Assembly (NCBI GenBank): GCA_024643985.1
Contig: JAHELW010000003.1
Coordinates: forward strand, 1 to 60,481
Direction: 5' to 3'
Origin: Myxococcales bacterium
GTDB lineage: Bacteria; Myxococcota_A; Polyangia; Polyangiales; Houyiibacteriaceae
Length of the DNA stretch: 60,481 bases
Below, one piece after another: positions 55,799 through 60,481 of this stretch (position 1 is the stretch's first letter; every line of letters begins with the position of its first letter). The notes under the pieces are model-generated. The model saw nothing but the letters and a program-made list of their open reading frames with translations. It was not told where the DNA came from and made no database searches. The position numbers and the translations under genes were made by a program.

Positions 55799-55829
55799 GG
55801 CGCTCCGGCAGATGCCGGGGCGCCTTTTT
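55799..55829 (+). terminator. Intrinsic terminator between convergent genes
   Basis: GGCGCTCCGGCA-GA-TGCCGGGGCGCC followed by TTTTT. Confidence 0.7.
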
Positions 55830-55833
55830 CGTT

Positions 55834-56163
55834 TCACCCGCTGAATGCGCGGCGCTCTTCGTCGAGCGCCCGCTCGATGTTGCCGCAGACGATTTCACAC
55901 AGATCGAAGACGGCAGGGTCGGCGACCGAATAATAGGCCGAGTTGCCCCGCTTCTCGCGCCGAACGAGCCGGTGCGCGAGGAGCGTCGTGAGGTGCTTCG
56001 AGACGTTCGGCTGCGTGCTCCCCGTCGCGTCGACCAGGTCGCCCACCGTGCGCTCGCCGTCCGCAAGCTCGTTCAGAATCTGAAGCCTGAGCGGCACCCC
56101 GAGAATGCGGAACCGGGTCGCGACCGACTCGAGATTCTGCGGATTGAGGGCGGTTTTCGGCAT
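55834..56163 (-). CDS. ArsR/SmtB-family repressor
   Basis: FRILGVPLRLQIL, STQPNVSKHL, RREKRGNSAYY; C-terminal CEIVC. Confidence 0.9.
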   Translation of the reverse strand: MPKTALNPQNLESVATRFRILGVPLRLQILNELADGERTVGDLVDATGSTQPNVSKHLTTLLAHRLVRREKRGNSAYYSVADPAVFDLCEIVCGNIERALDEERRAFSG

Positions 56164-56204
56164 GGCCTCCTCTATATAGCGCTCTTCGAGGGAAAAATCA
56201 CCAC

Positions 56205-56233
56205 TTGACTATATGATTATGTGAGCATATAGT
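56205..56233 (+). promoter_or_regulatory. Sigma-70 promoter overlapped by an ArsR-type 12-2-12 operator
   Basis: TTGACT-N17-TATAGT; imperfect palindrome ACTATATG-N10-CATATAGT (56208-56233). Confidence 0.75.
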
Positions 56234-56260
56234 TCTCGACAACCTCAAAGGGAGCTGTCC

Positions 56261-58867
56261 ATGAAGCGAAAGATCCTCGATTTCCCCCTGCAGCATGCGC
56301 GCCTGGTTTTCGTCGGCCTGGCGGTCCTCACGATCGGCTTCGGCTCGGCCATCCCGTGGATTCAAATCGACACGGATCCGGAGAACATGCTCAAGGAGGA
56401 CGATCCGGCCCGCGTCTTTCACGACGAGACGAAGGACGAGTTCACCCTTCACGACCTGATCGTCGTCGGCGTCGTCAACGAGTCCGAGGCGGAGGGGGTC
56501 TTCAACCCCGAGTCGCTCACGCGCATCCACGAGCTCAACGAGCACGTCAAGACGATCGACGGCGTCATCGCGCGCGACGTCCTCGGGCCGTCGACGATGG
56601 ACAACATCGAGCAGGCGGGCCCCGGGACGATTCGATTCGAGTGGTTGATGGAGGAGCCGCCGAAGACGCCCGAGGAAGCGCTTGCGATCAAAGAGGCTGC
56701 GCTTCGGCTTCCCATGCTGCGCGGCACCGTCGTTTCTGACGACGGCAAAAGCGTCGCCCTGTACGTTCCGATCGAGAACAAACACGAGAGCCATCGAATC
56801 TCCGAGGAGATCGAGGCGTTCATTGCCGGGCTCGGCGACAATACAGACGAGTTCTACATCACCGGGCTTCCGGTCGCCGAGGACACGTTCGGCGTCGAAA
56901 TGTTTAAGCAGATGGCGATCAGCGCACCGCTTGCTGCGCTCGTGATTCTGCTGCTGATGTGGTGGTTCTTCCGCAGCTTCTCCCTGGTGCTGTCGCCGAT
57001 GATCGTGGCGATGACGACCGTGACCATCACGATGGGCGCGCTGATCGCAAGCGGGTTCACCGTCCACATCATGAGCTCGATGATTCCGATCTTCCTGATG
57101 CCGATCGCGGTGGTCGACTCAGTGCATCTATTGTCGGAGTTCGTCGACATCTACCCTCGTCACGGCGACCGCAAGAAGGCGATCAGAGAGGTCGTCGGGC
57201 ACCTGTTCGCCCCGATGCTCTACACCTCGCTGACCTCGGCTGCCGGCTTTCTCTCGCTGATGTTGACGCCGATTCCGCCCGTGCGCGTCTTTGGAGGCTT
57301 CGTGGCGCTCGGCATCGGTCTCGCGTTCGTGCTGACGATTCTGTTCGTCCCTGCGTACATCTCTGCGCTGCCCGACAAGCGGCTAGCCGCGCTGCTTTCG
57401 AGCAAGCGCGACGCCAGTGAAGGCGGTCTGCTCGGGCGCATGGTCGAGGCCGTGGGTCAGCGAAGCCTGCGCCTCGCCAAGCCGATCCTCGTGCTGACCG
57501 TCGCGGCCATCGCCGTGAGCGGCTACGGGATCTCGAAGATCAACATCAACGACAACCCCGTTCGCTGGTTCAAGCCCTCGCACAAGATTCGCGTGGCCGA
57601 TCAGGTGCTCAACCGGGAGCTGGCAGGGACCTACACGGCGTTTCTGGTGATGAAGCAGGACGCGGAGGCCGCGGAGCGGATCGTGGCGGCCGGCGACGCA
57701 GCCGCGGTTAGCGGGGGCAGCGCTGTTTCCGCCAAGTGGGCAGAGCTGAAAGAAGCCGCGCAGGCCGCCGCCGAAGAAGAAGACACGAACGTGGTCGGTG
57801 CGCTGATCGAGGCGACCGCAGACCTCTCGTTCGAGACCACCGGCGAGGAGTCCTTGCAGTGGCAGGCAGTCCAGACCGCGCTCGAGAAGGCAGAGACCGC
57901 CTCCAAAACGTTTCAAAACCCCGAGCACCTCGCCTACATCGAGCGTGTTCAAGAGACGGCCGACGCCCATCCGCTGGTCGGCAAGACGACGTCGATCGCG
58001 GACGTCGTGAAGACGGTCTACCGCGAGCTCATCAGCGGCAAAGACGAGGACTATCGCATTCCAGCTACGACCGAGGGCGTCGCGCAGACGCTCCTTCAGT
58101 TCCAATCGTCCCACCGCCCGAACGACCTCTGGCACCTCGTAAGCCCCGACTACCGCGAGAGCGCGGTTTGGATGCAGCTCAAGAGCGGCGACAACCAAGA
58201 CATGCTCGCGGTCAAGACCGAGCTGGATCAGTTCCTCGCGGAGAACCCGCCCCCCGAAGGCCTTCGCGCCGAGTGGGCGGGGCTCACCTACATCAACGTC
58301 GTTTGGCAGGAGGAGATGGTCGGCGGAATGCTCGAGAGCCTGATGGGCGCGTTCGTCATCGTGTTCCTCATGATGATGCTCCTGTTCCGGTCGCCCGTGT
58401 ACGGCGTGCTCGCGATGGTTCCTCTCACGATCACCATCGTGTTCACCTACGGGCTCATCGGTTTGGTCGGCAAGGACTACGACATGCCGGTCGCGGTGCT
58501 CTCGTCGCTCACGCTCGGCTTGTCGGTCGACTTCGCGATTCACTTTCTCGAGCGGGCTCGGTCCATCCAGGCGGAGACCGGTGACTGGAAAGAGACGATG
58601 ACGCTCATGTTCCAGGAGCCGGGTAGGGCGATCACCCGCAACGCGATCGTCATTGCCATCGGCTTCCTTCCTCTCTTGGGAGCGCCCCTCGTTCCCTACA
58701 ACACCGTGGGCTTTTTGATGGCCGCGATCATGGCCGTCTCGAGCGTCGTCACCGTCCTGCTTCTGCCCGCAATCATGGCGAACATTCAACCGTGGCTTTC
58801 GAAGAAAGAGAAGGTCTCCGCCGACGCGGACAACGCGGCGGCACCTCTCAAGGAGCAAACGACATGA
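56261..58867 (+). CDS. MMPL/RND-family transporter
   Basis: Two repeats of TM1 + periplasmic domain + 5 TM; IAVVDSVH and GLSVDFAIHF motifs. Confidence 0.88.
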   Translation: MKRKILDFPLQHARLVFVGLAVLTIGFGSAIPWIQIDTDPENMLKEDDPARVFHDETKDEFTLHDLIVVGVVNESEAEGVFNPESLTRIHELNEHVKTIDGVIARDVLGPSTMDNIEQAGPGTIRFEWLMEEPPKTPEEALAIKEAALRLPMLRGTVVSDDGKSVALYVPIENKHESHRISEEIEAFIAGLGDNTDEFYITGLPVAEDTFGVEMFKQMAISAPLAALVILLLMWWFFRSFSLVLSPMIVAMTTVTITMGALIASGFTVHIMSSMIPIFLMPIAVVDSVHLLSEFVDIYPRHGDRKKAIREVVGHLFAPMLYTSLTSAAGFLSLMLTPIPPVRVFGGFVALGIGLAFVLTILFVPAYISALPDKRLAALLSSKRDASEGGLLGRMVEAVGQRSLRLAKPILVLTVAAIAVSGYGISKININDNPVRWFKPSHKIRVADQVLNRELAGTYTAFLVMKQDAEAAERIVAAGDAAAVSGGSAVSAKWAELKEAAQAAAEEEDTNVVGALIEATADLSFETTGEESLQWQAVQTALEKAETASKTFQNPEHLAYIERVQETADAHPLVGKTTSIADVVKTVYRELISGKDEDYRIPATTEGVAQTLLQFQSSHRPNDLWHLVSPDYRESAVWMQLKSGDNQDMLAVKTELDQFLAENPPPEGLRAEWAGLTYINVVWQEEMVGGMLESLMGAFVIVFLMMMLLFRSPVYGVLAMVPLTITIVFTYGLIGLVGKDYDMPVAVLSSLTLGLSVDFAIHFLERARSIQAETGDWKETMTLMFQEPGRAITRNAIVIAIGFLPLLGAPLVPYNTVGFLMAAIMAVSSVVTVLLLPAIMANIQPWLSKKEKVSADADNAAAPLKEQTT

Positions 58868-59673
58868 GAAACGTGACCAAAACCGGGCTTGCAGTGCTTG
58901 CTGCTGCAGTCGTTCTTTCCACCTCGGCGTCGCCCGCCGACGCCGTCGACCTGAGCGACGCCGCTGCAATCGTGAAGCGAACCAACGCCGCGCAATACTA
59001 TGCTGCGAAAGACGGTCGCGCCCTCGTCCGAATGAAGATCGTCGACGGTAAAGGACGCTCGCAGCGCAGGCAGTTCGCCGTTCTGCGGAGGGATCTGAAG
59101 GACGGCGGCGACCAGAACTACTTGGTCGTGTTTGATCAGCCCGCGGATGTCCGAAACACGGCGTTCCTCGTGAAGAAGCACGCCGGCAAGGACGATGACC
59201 GCTGGCTCTATCTGCCTGGGCTCGACCTCGTGAAGCGAATCGCGGCAAGTGACGAGCGGACGAGCTTCGTCGGCACGCATTTCTTCTACGAGGACATCTC
59301 GGGGCGACACCCGTCCGAGGACCGGCACGAGCTCCTCGAGACCACCGACACGGAGTACGTCGTCAAGAGCACGCCGAAGAGCACCAAGGGCGTCGAGTTC
59401 GCGCACTACACGCTTCGAATCGACAAGAAGACCTTCTTGCCGACCAAGATCGAATACGTGAGCGAGCAGGGCAAAGTCTATCGGCGCATCGAAACCGTGA
59501 AGGTCGACACGGTCGGGGGCATTCCGACCATCACGCGCCTCAAGGTGAGTGACCTCGAGTCGGGCGGCTACACGCTCAGCGACGTCAGCAACGTGCAGTA
59601 CGACCTCGGCATTCCCGACGACATCTTCGTGGAGGGCTCGCTTCGGAATCCTCCGCAGAAATGGCTGCGATAA
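58864..59673 (+). CDS. LolA-like outer-membrane lipoprotein-sorting protein
   Basis: Signal peptide; PADVRNTAFL, DDRWLYLPGL..VKRI, SFVGTHFFYEDI. Confidence 0.85.
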   Translation: MRNVTKTGLAVLAAAVVLSTSASPADAVDLSDAAAIVKRTNAAQYYAAKDGRALVRMKIVDGKGRSQRRQFAVLRRDLKDGGDQNYLVVFDQPADVRNTAFLVKKHAGKDDDRWLYLPGLDLVKRIAASDERTSFVGTHFFYEDISGRHPSEDRHELLETTDTEYVVKSTPKSTKGVEFAHYTLRIDKKTFLPTKIEYVSEQGKVYRRIETVKVDTVGGIPTITRLKVSDLESGGYTLSDVSNVQYDLGIPDDIFVEGSLRNPPQKWLR

Positions 59674-60481
59674 ATGCTCGGTCCGAAGAGGCAGTGCCGG
59701 AGCGGGCTTCCTTCTCTTCGGTGCATGGCGGTCGCCGCGCTCGTCTTCGCGGCGCTCGCCCTCGCCTCGGGCGCTCTTGCGCAGAGTGACCCGCCCGGAG
59801 CGGCCGGTGGAGAGGAGGCGACCGACGAGGCCGACGAAGAGCCATCGACCTCGGAGTCCATAGAGGACGATTGGGGAGAGTTTGACGAATGGGACGAGGA
59901 GTCCGAGTCCGGCAGCGGCTCCGACGGTGGCGCGTGGGATTTCCAGCTCGGGGGCTTCGTCGAGGGCCTCGTCGCCCCGCGAGTGGTTCGGAGCGCGGCC
60001 AGCGCCAACGAATTCACCGCTGCTGAGGCACGTTTCCGCCTCAACGTCGATGCGGTTCACGAGATCGCAAGCGCGCGCTTTCGGGGCGACGTGTTTGTCG
60101 ATGGCGTCGAGTCCCGCGTCTGGTTCGACATTCGAGACGCTTCGATCTTCGTGCGCGGAGGCAACTGGTTCACCATGCGCTTCGGCCGCCAAGTGCTGAC
60201 CTGGGGCACCGGCGACTTTCTCTTCTTGAACGATCTCTTTCCGAAGGACTTCAATTCGTTCTTCATCGGGCGCGCGGACGAATACCTCAAGGCGCCCTCC
60301 AACTCGATCCAGACCACTTTCATGATCAAGAAGGTGGGCCTCGACTTGATTTGGACTCCTATCTTCGAGCCGGACCGCTTCATCGACGGGGAGCGGCTTT
60401 CGTTCTTCAACCCTCTGCCGCCCGAGCCTGGAATCATCGGCGACCGGTCGCCACTGACGCCGATTCAGCCGGCCTCTCCCG
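59674..60481 (+). CDS. Probable outer-membrane partner of the MMPL/LolA-like system, 3'-truncated
   Basis: Open frame from ATG 59674 (or 59725) to the window end; signal peptide, acidic linker, GRQVLTWGTGD...NDLFPKD motif. Confidence 0.7.
   Translation, partial: MLGPKRQCRSGLPSLRCMAVAALVFAALALASGALAQSDPPGAAGGEEATDEADEEPSTSESIEDDWGEFDEWDEESESGSGSDGGAWDFQLGGFVEGLVAPRVVRSAASANEFTAAEARFRLNVDAVHEIASARFRGDVFVDGVESRVWFDIRDASIFVRGGNWFTMRFGRQVLTWGTGDFLFLNDLFPKDFNSFFIGRADEYLKAPSNSIQTTFMIKKVGLDLIWTPIFEPDRFIDGERLSFFNPLPPEPGIIGDRSPLTPIQPASP

Overview
High-GC bacterial chromosome segment, very probably from a myxobacterium (Myxococcota). Evidence: an mglC-aroQ-accB-accC-sgmX-like cluster, a TonB_C-fused TonB-dependent receptor, sigma-54 promoters and a fused ccoNO. 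Na+-NQR suggests a saline habitat. Bases 1-33 kb form a low-oxygen/energy-stress island. It holds a host-attachment protein, four CBS-domain genes, three universal stress protein genes, a hemerythrin-domain gene, a di-heme cytochrome c and a CoA-transferase. It also holds a four-gene glycogen operon with a glycogen synthase-phosphorylase fusion, a cbb3 oxidase operon and nqrABCDEF-nqrM. Three of its intergenic regions share a CGCA-N5-TGCG palindrome, two of them next to sigma-54 -24/-12 boxes. At 36.06-39.20 kb a 3.1-kb element is integrated in tRNA-Gly(CCC) with a 46-bp att duplication. It carries only a tyrosine integrase, a wing-deleted excisionase-like HTH, a ParE/RelE-type toxin-antitoxin pair and about 0.95 kb of largely non-coding DNA. 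That DNA has two in-register arrays of a strictly 10-bp-phased TG-NNN-CA motif flanking palindromes and a perfect 27-bp inverted repeat, and is the most unusual signal in the window. A second unexplained element family with 66-bp GGGACA-terminated inverted arms occurs twice (1344-1872 and 40546-40685). The remainder is housekeeping, envelope and regulatory genes, ending in an ArsR-controlled MMPL/LolA-like/outer-membrane operon truncated by the window edge. All functional calls come from motif recognition by eye; no database searches were run.
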